From a virus (Duplodnaviria; Caudoviricetes): 55,548 nucleotides of DNA. The stretch is from the IMG/VR virus record IMGVR_UViG_3300021963_000157, positions 1 through 55,548 of that record; one strand, given 5' to 3'. Of this stretch, positions 9,101 to 18,650 are shown piece after piece. Position 1 is the stretch's first letter. Every line of letters begins with the position of its first letter. A program made the translations under genes and the position numbers. Under the pieces are notes generated by a model. That model ran no database searches. It saw nothing but the letters and a program-made list of their open reading frames with translations, and was not told where the DNA came from.

Positions 9101-11884
9101 ATAGGTAAGTTTGTTGCTGTAGGACGACCAGCAGACGGTAGTGTAGGAGCTATCTTTATAGGCGACGATGAAACTAATTTGTCTGTAGCTAGTTCTGCCA
9201 ACAATCCTCAACTTTATACATCAGTTGCCTGGGACGGGTCTCGTATAGCGGCAGTAACCGCTCAAACTTCTGCTATAGTAGCAACATGGAACTCTGGATC
9301 ATTTACCTTTAATTCCATAGACGCTGTAGGTACTGCTCTTGGATTTTCTAATTGTACTAATATCGCAGGCGGAAATGGAACATTCGTAGCTACCGCTCCA
9401 ACATTAACATCATCTGTGATAGTGTATACATCAACATGGACCTTGAGTTCAACTCCGATATCAGCACCATGGAGAGCTGTAGCTTACGGTAAGAACAAAT
9501 TTGTTATAATTTCAACCGACGGTAAAACCGCAGTTAGTACGAATTCAGGAGTGACATGGACGGCAGGTTCAAATATTCCTGTGTTCGGCGATTCAACACA
9601 ACCGCAGTGGACTGATATGTGTTATGGAAACAATCGCTTCGTAGCAATATCTTCAAATAGTAATGCGGTGGCTTACAGTTTTGACGGACTTACTTGGTAT
9701 CTATCAGTTTTACCGTTTGATACAGCATGGCGTAGAATTAGCTACGATCAAGGATTATTTGTTGCGGTTAGCTCTTCTGCTACACAGTATGTGGCAGTAT
9801 CCGATAGCGGAGGATTTTCTTGGGAATTAAAACAATTAGACGGAGGCAGTTTCAGTAGACACGCTCTAGCATTTGTACCAAATACTGCTGATAGGGGTAG
9901 ATGGGTATTATTATCAGAAACTTCTGGTACTGTTGATACATTTCAATACGGAGCAACATTTAGAGGCAGACCTGTTATAACAGGCGGAAGAATACAGTCA
10001 ATAAAAATATGGGAACCAGGCAGCGGTTATAATGCTCAACCAGTGTTTACTCTTAGCGATCCTGTATCAACATCGAATCCCGAATACGAATTTAGGATAG
10101 GAAATGGAGTACTGGCAAATCCTACATTCCTTAACAGAGGCGTTGGATACAAAACATCAACAACTAGAGTAACAGTGTCAGGCAACGGATACGCCGATGT
10201 TTACGAATTAGGTGGAGATGTAATTGTCGACGGAGTACCGAGAATAGTTAGAACCGGTGCTAACTTTGAAATTAACACCATTAATTGGCTACCGTCAGTG
10301 CTACCGATAACAGGACCATGGGGCGGAGTTACTGCCGGTACCGATAAATTTGTAGGAATTACTTATCAAAGTGGTTCCGGATTGGCTCAGATAGTGTATT
10401 CGGCCAACGGAGAAGGATGGACTAGCACTACAATTTCTCAACAGAGGGACTGGCGTGACATAAAATTTGGTAACGGTGTATACATAGCAGTAGCCTATGG
10501 TACAGTATTCGCAAGAAGTACTAACGGAATTAGCTGGACTACAATAACAGTACCCGATGCTAATTGGTCATCGGTTGATTATTTAAATGGAAAATGGGTA
10601 GTTATTTCCAACGGTTCAACTAGTGCGTTGTATTCCGACGACGGCGGAGTAACATGGCAAACGGCATCGTTACCAGTTAGTGCTCAATGGATTAAAGTTA
10701 AACACGGTGCTAATAATTTTATAGCAATTTCCACGAACAATGACAAGGTAGCTATATCCGTGGATGGACAAACCTGGTTATTAAGAACTATAATAGGTAC
10801 GGCAGAGTGGTCAGATCTTGCCTACGGTAACAATCATATAATATTAATTGCTAGAAACAGTAATCAAATAGCGTTGTCTGAAGATGATGGAAACACTTGG
10901 GATGCTGCAGCAGCTCCTTCTACTGACGACTGGGCTCATATAATATTTGCTAATAGAAAATTTGTTCTGTTTTCTGGAACTGGTTCAACAGCTTATTCTT
11001 CTAGATTAGGATTATCGTGGTTAGAAAGAGAGTACCCATTAACTAATCCAAGTGCTGCGGTAGCAGGATTAAACAAATATCTAGTATTAGCTGATAACGA
11101 TGCTGCGGTAGCATCTGACGGAACAGATAACAGAGTTTATAGAGTATTAACAGTACAGGTATTAAGTGGTTCAATTGGTAACTATAGATTGGCGATTAGG
11201 GTGGGTCCTGATTTTAACAGAACCACAACACCCGTTCATGATTCACCAGTAGAAATACGTGAAAAATACAGCCAGGTTCGACTAACAGGTCACGATTTCT
11301 TAGAAATAGGAACAGGTAATTTTACTCAAACAAATTATCCTACTACTAATCTTATAAATCTAGCACCTGAAAATGAAGTTTATTACAGGGGCGGCGGTCG
11401 CGTGTTCTACACATCAACTGACCAGGACGGTAATTTCCGAGTTGGCGAGTTATTTGCTGTTGAGCAGGCCACCGGTGTAGTTACAATTAGTGCTGACTAT
11501 TTTGACTTAGGCGGACTGTCAGAACTGAGATTAGGCGGGATTCGTGTAGGTGGTACAGGTGTAGTTATACGTGAATTTTCAACAGATGTTACATTTGCTG
11601 CTGATTCAAATAACGTTGTTCCTACACAAAGGGCTATTAAAGCCTATATTGAAAGACGTATTTCTGGTGGGGGTTCAGAAGCAGCTACAGGTACATTAAT
11701 TGCAGGTACTGTTAGATTAGGTGGACCAAATAATATTGGTAGTACTACAAATACCTATGTAAACCTACCAAGAAATATGAATATGAGAAAAGGGGCTTCG
11801 GGTATGATGTTGGCTATGAGCATGTTTTCAGACGCTTTTAACAGCAACTTAGACGGGCAAGAAGTTGGTAGAGATTTAGGTTAA
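6185..11884 (+). CDS. Large fibre/baseplate-type protein (1899 aa): WxGxW/YxxGDVV repeats, pectin-lyase-like beta-helix, and two BNR/beta-propeller-like inserts
   Basis: About eight WxG(D/E)W...Y..GD(V/I)V.YGG..Y.C units. KSCYVQNVTTFG and ANDFTQILSDGIG motifs. Many W...(Y/F)GNxxFVA...SxDGxTW repeats. Paralogous to 11927..17941. Confidence 0.75.
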   Translation: MAEYKISRLKFTWKGDWQPSLNYIVDDVVRFGSKSYVCIKRHISSTQSFYADLNFINQETIPASDEPRWELMFDGYEWRGDWTPFTTYNVGDIVKYKSISYVCISSHTSNTETIGLEGDQSHWVSYARSDDWKGDWQPSTIYSVRDVVKYNGIVYRCTSRNISSDVTTGLEGNFANWEIVNPAQQWRQAWTTNRRYRKNDIVKYGGIVYRCIDGHTSALTASDGLESNQADWEIVYKNIEYKGNWVPAVLAPVTPGVRYKLNDVVKFGGSVWICVDYHTSTDDFDPTKWQVYIPGFEFENDWNSNTVYQRGDVVRYGGYSYEALNNNTGQNPATSAAQNDDSSIAFWKLLNIGFRVAGEWASNTAYFVGEVVRRNGQFYAAINDNITDPNVDATAWELVIPGEKYRKEWEIDETYAIGDIVVFEDNTYRCLVKHLASNINQRPDNDYDNNLWTLLIRGEPTNSLRYQGDIKVYDETEDGSTIGQSRLPIGIAGQTLRVVDNSPSWETFGQIQKVYYVSREGVDLPDNGTSLNSAFRTVRYACNFAVGPATIFVKAGVYSEILPIKVPRDVAIVGEELRSTIIEPLYDPNNISYDVDGDPYLDPLDYRLSDMFYVNNGSGIRNITLRGLNGTLSSINQYGTRRPTAGAYVSLDPGSGTADSSVWITTKSCYVQNVTTFGNGCVGLKVDGALHGGGNKSIVANDFTQILSDGIGAWVTNNGLSELVSVFSYYGHMGYLAENGGKIRATNGNSSYGTYGCVAEGVDETETPAEGSINNRTGEAMVVSAFSGEANDEILNLEFSNAGENYTSATMSFLGSGAGASVIVDEFRDGGIFEWRLLDPEEGGFLGGGGFQSTGNNAQGGDTTGITIASNDERFASDYIGARIIITSGTGTGQYGTIGSYDIVTKRIDVYNEYNGELGWTHVIAGYPLPALLDTTSVYRIEPRVITAPPAYSADSSPYDIRYFLDAIYIKEIGKFVAVGRPADGSVGAIFIGDDETNLSVASSANNPQLYTSVAWDGSRIAAVTAQTSAIVATWNSGSFTFNSIDAVGTALGFSNCTNIAGGNGTFVATAPTLTSSVIVYTSTWTLSSTPISAPWRAVAYGKNKFVIISTDGKTAVSTNSGVTWTAGSNIPVFGDSTQPQWTDMCYGNNRFVAISSNSNAVAYSFDGLTWYLSVLPFDTAWRRISYDQGLFVAVSSSATQYVAVSDSGGFSWELKQLDGGSFSRHALAFVPNTADRGRWVLLSETSGTVDTFQYGATFRGRPVITGGRIQSIKIWEPGSGYNAQPVFTLSDPVSTSNPEYEFRIGNGVLANPTFLNRGVGYKTSTTRVTVSGNGYADVYELGGDVIVDGVPRIVRTGANFEINTINWLPSVLPITGPWGGVTAGTDKFVGITYQSGSGLAQIVYSANGEGWTSTTISQQRDWRDIKFGNGVYIAVAYGTVFARSTNGISWTTITVPDANWSSVDYLNGKWVVISNGSTSALYSDDGGVTWQTASLPVSAQWIKVKHGANNFIAISTNNDKVAISVDGQTWLLRTIIGTAEWSDLAYGNNHIILIARNSNQIALSEDDGNTWDAAAAPSTDDWAHIIFANRKFVLFSGTGSTAYSSRLGLSWLEREYPLTNPSAAVAGLNKYLVLADNDAAVASDGTDNRVYRVLTVQVLSGSIGNYRLAIRVGPDFNRTTTPVHDSPVEIREKYSQVRLTGHDFLEIGTGNFTQTNYPTTNLINLAPENEVYYRGGGRVFYTSTDQDGNFRVGELFAVEQATGVVTISADYFDLGGLSELRLGGIRVGGTGVVIREFSTDVTFAADSNNVVPTQRAIKAYIERRISGGGSEAATGTLIAGTVRLGGPNNIGSTTNTYVNLPRNMNMRKGASGMMLAMSMFSDAFNSNLDGQEVGRDLG

Positions 11885-11896
11885 AAACATATTAGA

Positions 11897-11902
11897 TAAA
11901 TA
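11897..11902 (+). promoter_or_regulatory. Putative late promoter (TAAATA)
   Basis: Intergenic GATAAATA upstream of a GGAG RBS and ATG 11927. The same hexamer recurs in most intergenic gaps and is the core of the T4 late promoter TATAAATA. Confidence 0.65.
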
Positions 11903-11926
11903 TGGTATCGAAGATCGGAGTAATCG

Positions 11927-14900
11927 ATGGCAGAGTTTAAATTAGGTAGAATTAGATTTATATGGAAAGGCGAATGGGCTGCAGGAACCTCTTACCTTAA
12001 AGATGACGTAGTTCGAGTAAACGGTAAAGTTTACATCTGCGTAATTGGGCATACGGCTGATTCAAATTTCTATGTAGATGCGGATAACTTCCCAGCACGT
12101 TGGAATCAAGCCAGCGATGGTCAGGCATGGAAGGGAGACTGGACAGTCGACACAGAATACTTTGTCAACGACATAGTCAAATACGGCGGACAGCTATACA
12201 TCTGTTTAGTAGGTCATACATCTGCTGCTAACGCCAACGACGGGCTCGAAGTAGATCTTGACTTAGGTGACAGTACACAGAGTAAATGGGATCAGTTTGC
12301 TGAAGGCTTTGAATGGCGAGGTGACTGGACCACTAACACTAGGTATAGACTTAACGATATCGTTAAGTATGGCGGTAACACATACCTCTGTAATCTAGGC
12401 TATATATCCGCTCCAACTGCCGCAATGGGTCTTGAAGGGTTAGATAGACTAACTTCAGGTCAGAAGGCAGATATCGATAAATGGGATCAATTCTCAGAAG
12501 CATTTGACTGGAAAGGTCCTTGGACACCGTCAACTCGATATAAAATTAATGACGTAGTTTCTTTTGGTGGAACTACTTACGTATGTAATGAAGGACACCC
12601 TGCGGCAGCAACCTTTACACTAGGTCTTGAAGCAGACCAAAGTAAGTGGGATTATTTCAATCAAGGTGTTGAATACCTAGGTGCGTGGGATCCTGTTGAT
12701 CAAAATTATAAAGTAAACGATCTTGTTAAGACTGGTAACGGAGTTTACATCTGCTTACAAAAACACACTTCTAGTGTATCAAGAACATTTGAACAAGATG
12801 AAGATTCTGGATATTGGGCACAGTTCTTAGAAGGACTACAATTTGAAAACAGTTGGAATTCATCAACTGTTTACCAGCCTGGCGATATTGTTACCTACGG
12901 CGGATATGCTTATGTAGCAGTCACTAACCATAGTAATATCAAACCGACACAGGCAGTTACAGGTGACCAAAATTGGGATCTGTTTACCACAGCATTTAAG
13001 TTCCAGCAAGACTGGGCTATCGGAACAAACTATAAAGTTGGTGATGTTGTAAGATTAAGCGGCTACACCTATGTGGCTATATTAGATAACGTAGGACAAA
13101 CTCCACCTAACCTAACCTATTGGGAACAATTAAATCCAGGTATTCGTTGGCTAGGAGCATGGGCTAATGGTTATGGATATGTGCTAGGCGATGCTGTTCG
13201 TTACGGACCTAACAGTTATATCTGTGTTTCAGCACACACATCTGCTACAGCAACAAACAGACCAGATGTAGACATCTCGGGAACATACTGGAACCTATTA
13301 GCCAACGGTCAGGAATCGTCAGTGCTAACTACACAAGGCGATCTTGTGTATTACGGCGGTGCCGGCCCAACTAGATTACCACTCGGTTCAGACGGACAAG
13401 TTCTAGTTGTCAATAGTGCGGCGGCACCCGAGTGGAAATATTGGGGAGAAGTTGACCAGCTGTACTATGTAAGTCTTGACGGAACAGATGAAAAAGCACC
13501 AACTTACGGTATTACTTTAGATAAACCATGGAGAACTGTAAGATACGCAGCTGATCAAATTGAAAAAGGTACCAGAAATCCCGAAGCTGCTTTTATATTA
13601 GAAATTAATAGACAGTTTGTACAGAGAGAAACTGTACAGTGGATCAACTATCAGATCACAAACAACATTTCACCGTTTGTATCTAGTTTTTCTTATGACA
13701 CAACTAAGTGCGAGCGTGATGTAGGTTTAATCATCGACGCTTTATTATGGGATATCCGTCATGGCGGTAACGTAAGATCTAGACAGGCTGCTGTTGAATA
13801 TGTTACAAATGCTTCAACTTTCTACGGCCTGGGACAAAAAGAAGAAACTGTCGCAGCTATAAATTATGCTGTCAATACTTTAGTCAACACCTGTGTATTG
13901 CTTAATACAGCACCTGGAACAAATTATCAAGTTACCAATAGTGTGCCTGTAAACGATAGAATTTTACAGATTATTGACACTGATTATGTAGCTGAGGATT
14001 CGTCATTTACAGAAATTACTAATCTAAAAACACTGATCACTACAGCTATTTCTGGTGGCACATTAGGAAGCGTAGGAGCAGAAGTTAAGCCTCAAAGAAC
14101 TATATTAGTTAAGACTGGTGTGTTCTATGAAACATTGCCTATTATCGTTCCTGTAGACACAGCAGTAGTTGGAGATGAATTGCGTTCTACTAACATTAGA
14201 CCTGCCGCTAGCCAAATTGACGCTACGGATGTTCCTAAGAGTTTGGCCGCCTTAACACGATTAAAAGCAATCATTGGCGATATTGTAGAAGGTGTAACAG
14301 TTACAAAAACCACAACAGGGTCAAACCCAAATACTTTAACACAGAGTCAAACCAAGCCCCTTGCTACTAGTACACAAGGTACATTAGTTGAAAACCTAGT
14401 ACAGAATGCCTATGACCATATAGATTTTTACATTAATTCATCAGGGTCAGCACCAGCAATGTCGGGTTCAAATTCCGCAGCGTCAGCATATGATGTCTAC
14501 GCTGCTATAAGACAACTTGAACTTAATAGAGAATTTATTGTAGCTGAAATTCATGCCTATATTGCTCTAACATATCCCGCATACACTTATACTTTAGCGG
14601 CCTGTGCTAGAGACATCAATGAATATATCGATGCTGTCAAGTTTGATTTAGCCTACACCGGAAATTATAGAACACTAACATCCGCAGAATGGTATGTAAA
14701 CGGAGTTACAGGATCTATAACAGAGAACATGTTCTTAGTAAGAAATAGTACAGGTGTTAGAAATATGACCGTACAAGGTCTAACAGGAACATTAACAGGC
14801 CCGAACGCCTACGGAACTTATAGACCAACAGCGGGTGCTTATGTAAGTCTTGACCCAGGTTGGGGCCCTAATGATCAACGAGTGTGGATTACCACAAGAT

Positions 14901-17900
14901 CTTGTTATGTACAAAACGTAACAACTTTTGGTACAGCTTGTGTAGGATGTAAGATCGATGGAGATCTACACAACGGCGGTAATAAATCTATTGTTAGTAA
15001 CGATTTCACGCAGGTGCTGTCAGATGGTATTGGCGTATGGTGTACTAATTTAGGAAGGACAGAACTTGTTTCTGTGTTCTCATATTACGGACACATTGGT
15101 TACTTAGCAGAAGATGGCGGTAAGATTCGTGCTACTAACGGTAATAGCTCATACGGAACATATGGTTGCGTGGCGGAGGGAGTTGATGCCACAGAAACAG
15201 CGATCACGGGTATAGTTAACAACCGTTACGAGGAAGCACTGATTACCAAAGTACTGACCAGCGGACAAGAAGTACAACGAGTTGAATTTGGAAACGCTGG
15301 TATTAATTATACAGCAGGAACATTTACTTTCAACGGACCGGGAACTTCATTTACCACAGTTGGTAATGAAACTAGAGACGGCGGCGTATTTGAAGTAAGA
15401 TTATTAGACAACGACGACAGCTCGGGACAATTTGGTGGCTTAGATTATCTAAGTTCAGAAAACGTTGCTCAAGGCGGAACAACTAGTTCAATTACCCTAG
15501 CAGCCACAGACGATCAAACCAGTTCTGCTTACATCGGTATGAGAATTTATATACAATCCGGAGCAGGTGTCGGACAATACGGTTATATCAATACCTATAA
15601 TGCTGGTTCTAAACTAGCAGGTGTTTATAAAGAATCGACAGGTACTGCAGGTTGGGAACATGTTATTCCTGGAACTACTATAGTAGCACCTGATCCATCA
15701 TCATTGTATATCATCGAACCTAGAGTTACTGTAGCAGCACCAACAGAAAGTTCTCCTAGCGTAACTGGCGGATCAGTATCCGGAATTTCCGATGCAGTCT
15801 ACGCCAACGTAAGAGAGACATTTACCAACATAGCAGCCACTGGCGGTTCGGGTACCGGTGCTACATTTAATATAACTAGAAATGGCGAAACTTATACTGT
15901 TACTTTAAACCAAGCTGGGCAAGATTATGTCAATAATAATCTGTTAACTATCGCAGGAACTTCTTTAGGTGGATCTACTCCATCGAATGATTTAAGAATT
16001 AGAATAGAAACCGTAGATTCAACACCAGGAATAACAGTCGGTGAAATATTAACATTTAGCAGCGAGGGTAAAGGTCGCGGAGGTAATTTTGTTGCGTTAA
16101 ACTATAACGCAGGAGTATCATCAACCACAGGCTATTATTCAACGAACGGAACAACTTGGCAAACTTCAACACTTCCATTAGGCGTATGGACAGCAATAGC
16201 CAGTGGAGACATCGGTGGAGTTTCATATGTAGTTGCTCTAGGTAATTCAGGAACTACTGCCGCAGCGTACAGCACCAACGGCGGAGTTACTTGGACTGCT
16301 TCAAATCTTCCTCAGACCAGTGCTGTGACATCTGTTGCGTTCGGTGGCGGCAGATTTGTCGCAGTTAGATCAGATTCTGCTACTCCGCTAGTATCAACAA
16401 ACGGAACAACCTGGGCGAACGGTGCTAATCCTCTTCCAACTAAAACAAACTGGCCTAGCATTACTTATGGTAAAGGTCGATTTATGGCTGTTTCTACAGA
16501 TACTGCTCCGGGTTCTGTGACTGCTGCATATAGCTTAGACGGAATATCCTGGACAGCATCAACGATTCCGGCAGTTGCTAATTGGAACAGTGTTGTATTC
16601 GGAAACAACATTTTTGTAGCATTGTCAACGGGCGGAGCCGTGGCAATAAGCAATAACGGAACTACATGGACTATATCGGCGTCCGTTTCTACCGCTGACG
16701 AAGTTGGCTACGGACAAGGTACTTTTGTAGCTACTGGAAATGGTTCTTCAGCAGCACATTATAAATCACAAGACGGAATAACTTGGACACAGGGAACTGC
16801 GGCGTTTACTACCACAGGAAGACCAATATTTGGTAATCCAAACGGTTCTCCGATATGGGTAATACCGAACCTAACATCACCCCAAGCAGCTTTAATTACA
16901 GGAACTCGTGCTTATGTACGTGCTAGAATCGCTGACACTAAGATCGTAGAATTTAGAGTTGTTGAGCCAGGCAGTGGTTATAGCTCTGTTACACCGCCAG
17001 CAGTGACAGTCACTGATCCTAACAACACCTACGAAGCACCACATACCGTGCGTGTAGGCAATGGCGTACTGGCCAATCCAACATTTATCACCAGGGGTGC
17101 TGATTGGGAAGTAGCTACAGGTACTGTAGTTGGCGACGGTTATGCTGATCTATTCCAAAATGGCAGCTATGTTGACGTTAAGGGATTATATTCTATACCA
17201 GTACCAGGATCAAACGTAGAATTTACCAGTTTGCCTGGTCAGTTTTATAAACTAGTAACAGTTACTCAACTACTAGGAGCAGGACCTTACACTGCTAGAT
17301 TACAAGTAAGCCCTCCGATTGAAATTCCAGAAGCAGTTCCGCATGAGGATCCTTTTGAAATTAGGATTCGCTATTCACAGGTTCGACTAACTGGTCATGA
17401 CTTCTTAGACATTGGTACTGGTAATTTCACTAGTACAAATTACCCAGGATTGCCGCTGGTCGATCCAATTCCGGCCAATGAAACTGTGGAAAGCAATGGT
17501 GGTCGTGTGTTCTACACATCAACAGACCAGGACGGTAACTTCCGAGTTGGTGGATTATTCACAGTCGAACAAAGTACAGGTACTGCTACACTAAACGCAG
17601 ATGCGTTTAATATCGCAGGACTACAAGAGCTCAGCTTGGGCTCGGTAGAATTGGGCACAGGGGGTGCTACAATCACTGAATTCAGTACAGATCCGTTCTT
17701 TACACAGGATTCAGATTCAGTTATACCTACTCAGAGAGCAATTAAGGCTTATATTGCTTCACAAATTGGTTCAGGTTCCAGCACCTTGAACGTAAATACT
17801 CTCACAGCAGGTCAGATATTTGTAGCTAATGACTACATTACAACCACCACAGGCGGCCGCATTAACGTGCTTGCTCCGATGAATTTCATTGGTGGTATTA

Positions 17901-17941
17901 ATGGAGTACCGGTGGCTATGAACTTATTTTTACATAGTTAA
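11927..17941 (+). CDS. Large fibre/baseplate-type protein (2004 aa), paralogue of 6185..11884, with two extra KCxRD helical inserts
   Basis: MAEFKLGRIRFIWKGEW versus MAEYKISRLKFTWKGDW. Shares the WxGxW repeats, beta-helix motifs, SQVRLTGHDFL and VFYTSTDQDGNFRVG. GGAG RBS. Confidence 0.75.
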   Translation: MAEFKLGRIRFIWKGEWAAGTSYLKDDVVRVNGKVYICVIGHTADSNFYVDADNFPARWNQASDGQAWKGDWTVDTEYFVNDIVKYGGQLYICLVGHTSAANANDGLEVDLDLGDSTQSKWDQFAEGFEWRGDWTTNTRYRLNDIVKYGGNTYLCNLGYISAPTAAMGLEGLDRLTSGQKADIDKWDQFSEAFDWKGPWTPSTRYKINDVVSFGGTTYVCNEGHPAAATFTLGLEADQSKWDYFNQGVEYLGAWDPVDQNYKVNDLVKTGNGVYICLQKHTSSVSRTFEQDEDSGYWAQFLEGLQFENSWNSSTVYQPGDIVTYGGYAYVAVTNHSNIKPTQAVTGDQNWDLFTTAFKFQQDWAIGTNYKVGDVVRLSGYTYVAILDNVGQTPPNLTYWEQLNPGIRWLGAWANGYGYVLGDAVRYGPNSYICVSAHTSATATNRPDVDISGTYWNLLANGQESSVLTTQGDLVYYGGAGPTRLPLGSDGQVLVVNSAAAPEWKYWGEVDQLYYVSLDGTDEKAPTYGITLDKPWRTVRYAADQIEKGTRNPEAAFILEINRQFVQRETVQWINYQITNNISPFVSSFSYDTTKCERDVGLIIDALLWDIRHGGNVRSRQAAVEYVTNASTFYGLGQKEETVAAINYAVNTLVNTCVLLNTAPGTNYQVTNSVPVNDRILQIIDTDYVAEDSSFTEITNLKTLITTAISGGTLGSVGAEVKPQRTILVKTGVFYETLPIIVPVDTAVVGDELRSTNIRPAASQIDATDVPKSLAALTRLKAIIGDIVEGVTVTKTTTGSNPNTLTQSQTKPLATSTQGTLVENLVQNAYDHIDFYINSSGSAPAMSGSNSAASAYDVYAAIRQLELNREFIVAEIHAYIALTYPAYTYTLAACARDINEYIDAVKFDLAYTGNYRTLTSAEWYVNGVTGSITENMFLVRNSTGVRNMTVQGLTGTLTGPNAYGTYRPTAGAYVSLDPGWGPNDQRVWITTRSCYVQNVTTFGTACVGCKIDGDLHNGGNKSIVSNDFTQVLSDGIGVWCTNLGRTELVSVFSYYGHIGYLAEDGGKIRATNGNSSYGTYGCVAEGVDATETAITGIVNNRYEEALITKVLTSGQEVQRVEFGNAGINYTAGTFTFNGPGTSFTTVGNETRDGGVFEVRLLDNDDSSGQFGGLDYLSSENVAQGGTTSSITLAATDDQTSSAYIGMRIYIQSGAGVGQYGYINTYNAGSKLAGVYKESTGTAGWEHVIPGTTIVAPDPSSLYIIEPRVTVAAPTESSPSVTGGSVSGISDAVYANVRETFTNIAATGGSGTGATFNITRNGETYTVTLNQAGQDYVNNNLLTIAGTSLGGSTPSNDLRIRIETVDSTPGITVGEILTFSSEGKGRGGNFVALNYNAGVSSTTGYYSTNGTTWQTSTLPLGVWTAIASGDIGGVSYVVALGNSGTTAAAYSTNGGVTWTASNLPQTSAVTSVAFGGGRFVAVRSDSATPLVSTNGTTWANGANPLPTKTNWPSITYGKGRFMAVSTDTAPGSVTAAYSLDGISWTASTIPAVANWNSVVFGNNIFVALSTGGAVAISNNGTTWTISASVSTADEVGYGQGTFVATGNGSSAAHYKSQDGITWTQGTAAFTTTGRPIFGNPNGSPIWVIPNLTSPQAALITGTRAYVRARIADTKIVEFRVVEPGSGYSSVTPPAVTVTDPNNTYEAPHTVRVGNGVLANPTFITRGADWEVATGTVVGDGYADLFQNGSYVDVKGLYSIPVPGSNVEFTSLPGQFYKLVTVTQLLGAGPYTARLQVSPPIEIPEAVPHEDPFEIRIRYSQVRLTGHDFLDIGTGNFTSTNYPGLPLVDPIPANETVESNGGRVFYTSTDQDGNFRVGGLFTVEQSTGTATLNADAFNIAGLQELSLGSVELGTGGATITEFSTDPFFTQDSDSVIPTQRAIKAYIASQIGSGSSTLNVNTLTAGQIFVANDYITTTTGGRINVLAPMNFIGGINGVPVAMNLFLHS

Positions 17942-17953
17942 TGGAGATTTTAA

Positions 17954-18274
17954 ATGGCAACAGGTAGATTAGGTGCTAACGATATAGCAGCAGCTACAAA
18001 TACAACAGTATACACAGTTCCGTCGGACACATTTTCGGTGGTTACCTTGTCAATCTGTAACAGAGGCAACCAAGCGGTTGCTGTAAGAGTAGCTGTATCC
18101 GCTGCTGCAACGCCCGTAGCAGCAGAATGGATCGAATTCGACACAGAAGTTTTGGGCAAAGGTGTTCTAGAACGCACAGGTATCGTTATGGACGCGGGCA
18201 GACTTTTAGTAGTCTATTCTAGCGGTGCTAACGTTAGTGCAGTAGCGTTCGGTATAGAAACACCAACAGCATAA
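17954..18274 (+). CDS. Small virion adaptor-like protein (106 aa)
   Basis: GGAG RBS. TTVYTVP, LSICNR and LERTGIVM motifs. Similar to 5475..5804. Confidence 0.6.
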   Translation: MATGRLGANDIAAATNTTVYTVPSDTFSVVTLSICNRGNQAVAVRVAVSAAATPVAAEWIEFDTEVLGKGVLERTGIVMDAGRLLVVYSSGANVSAVAFGIETPTA

Positions 18275-18277
18275 ATA
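18272..18277 (+). promoter_or_regulatory. Putative late promoter (TAAATA) overlapping the upstream TAA stop
   Basis: GCA TAA ATA TAC, upstream of an AGGGGA RBS and ATG 18298. Confidence 0.6.
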
Positions 18278-18297
18278 TACATTGACAGGGGATTTAC

Positions 18298-18630
18298 ATG
18301 GGAAGATATATTACAACAACAGGCACAGCGAATAATGTTATTCGCGAAATTTCTGCAGCCTTTAACGCTTCAGTCAATGATCGCATTTTAGCCAACAGCG
18401 GAAGTGGTGCTTTTACAATCACACTACCAAACGTTTCTACGCTACTACTCAACGATACGATACAAATTATCGATATTGGCGGTGTAGCAGCTACCAACAA
18501 TATTACAGTGGGTAGAAACGGTGCTAAGATTCAAAACATCAGCGACGACTTAACCATAGACGTCAATGGTTCGATCATTACTTTAGTATATACGGGTTCA
18601 ACTTATGGTTGGGTCGTTGCTTCAGCATAA
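18298..18630 (+). CDS. Small tail-fibre-domain protein (110 aa) resembling a T4 gp34-type repeat
   Basis: Pattern SGAFTITLP...DTIQIIDIGG...TNNITVGRNGAKIQ...DLTID...ITLVY...GW, recalled from phage proximal-fibre modules. Confidence 0.55.
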   Translation: MGRYITTTGTANNVIREISAAFNASVNDRILANSGSGAFTITLPNVSTLLLNDTIQIIDIGGVAATNNITVGRNGAKIQNISDDLTIDVNGSIITLVYTGSTYGWVVASA

Positions 18631-18650
18631 TAAGTTAAACAGGAAGGAAC

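Noticed and set aside
18282-18287. TTGACA upstream of 18298
   Set aside because: There is no -10 hexamer at a 16-18 nt spacing. The adjacent TAAATA explains the gap.
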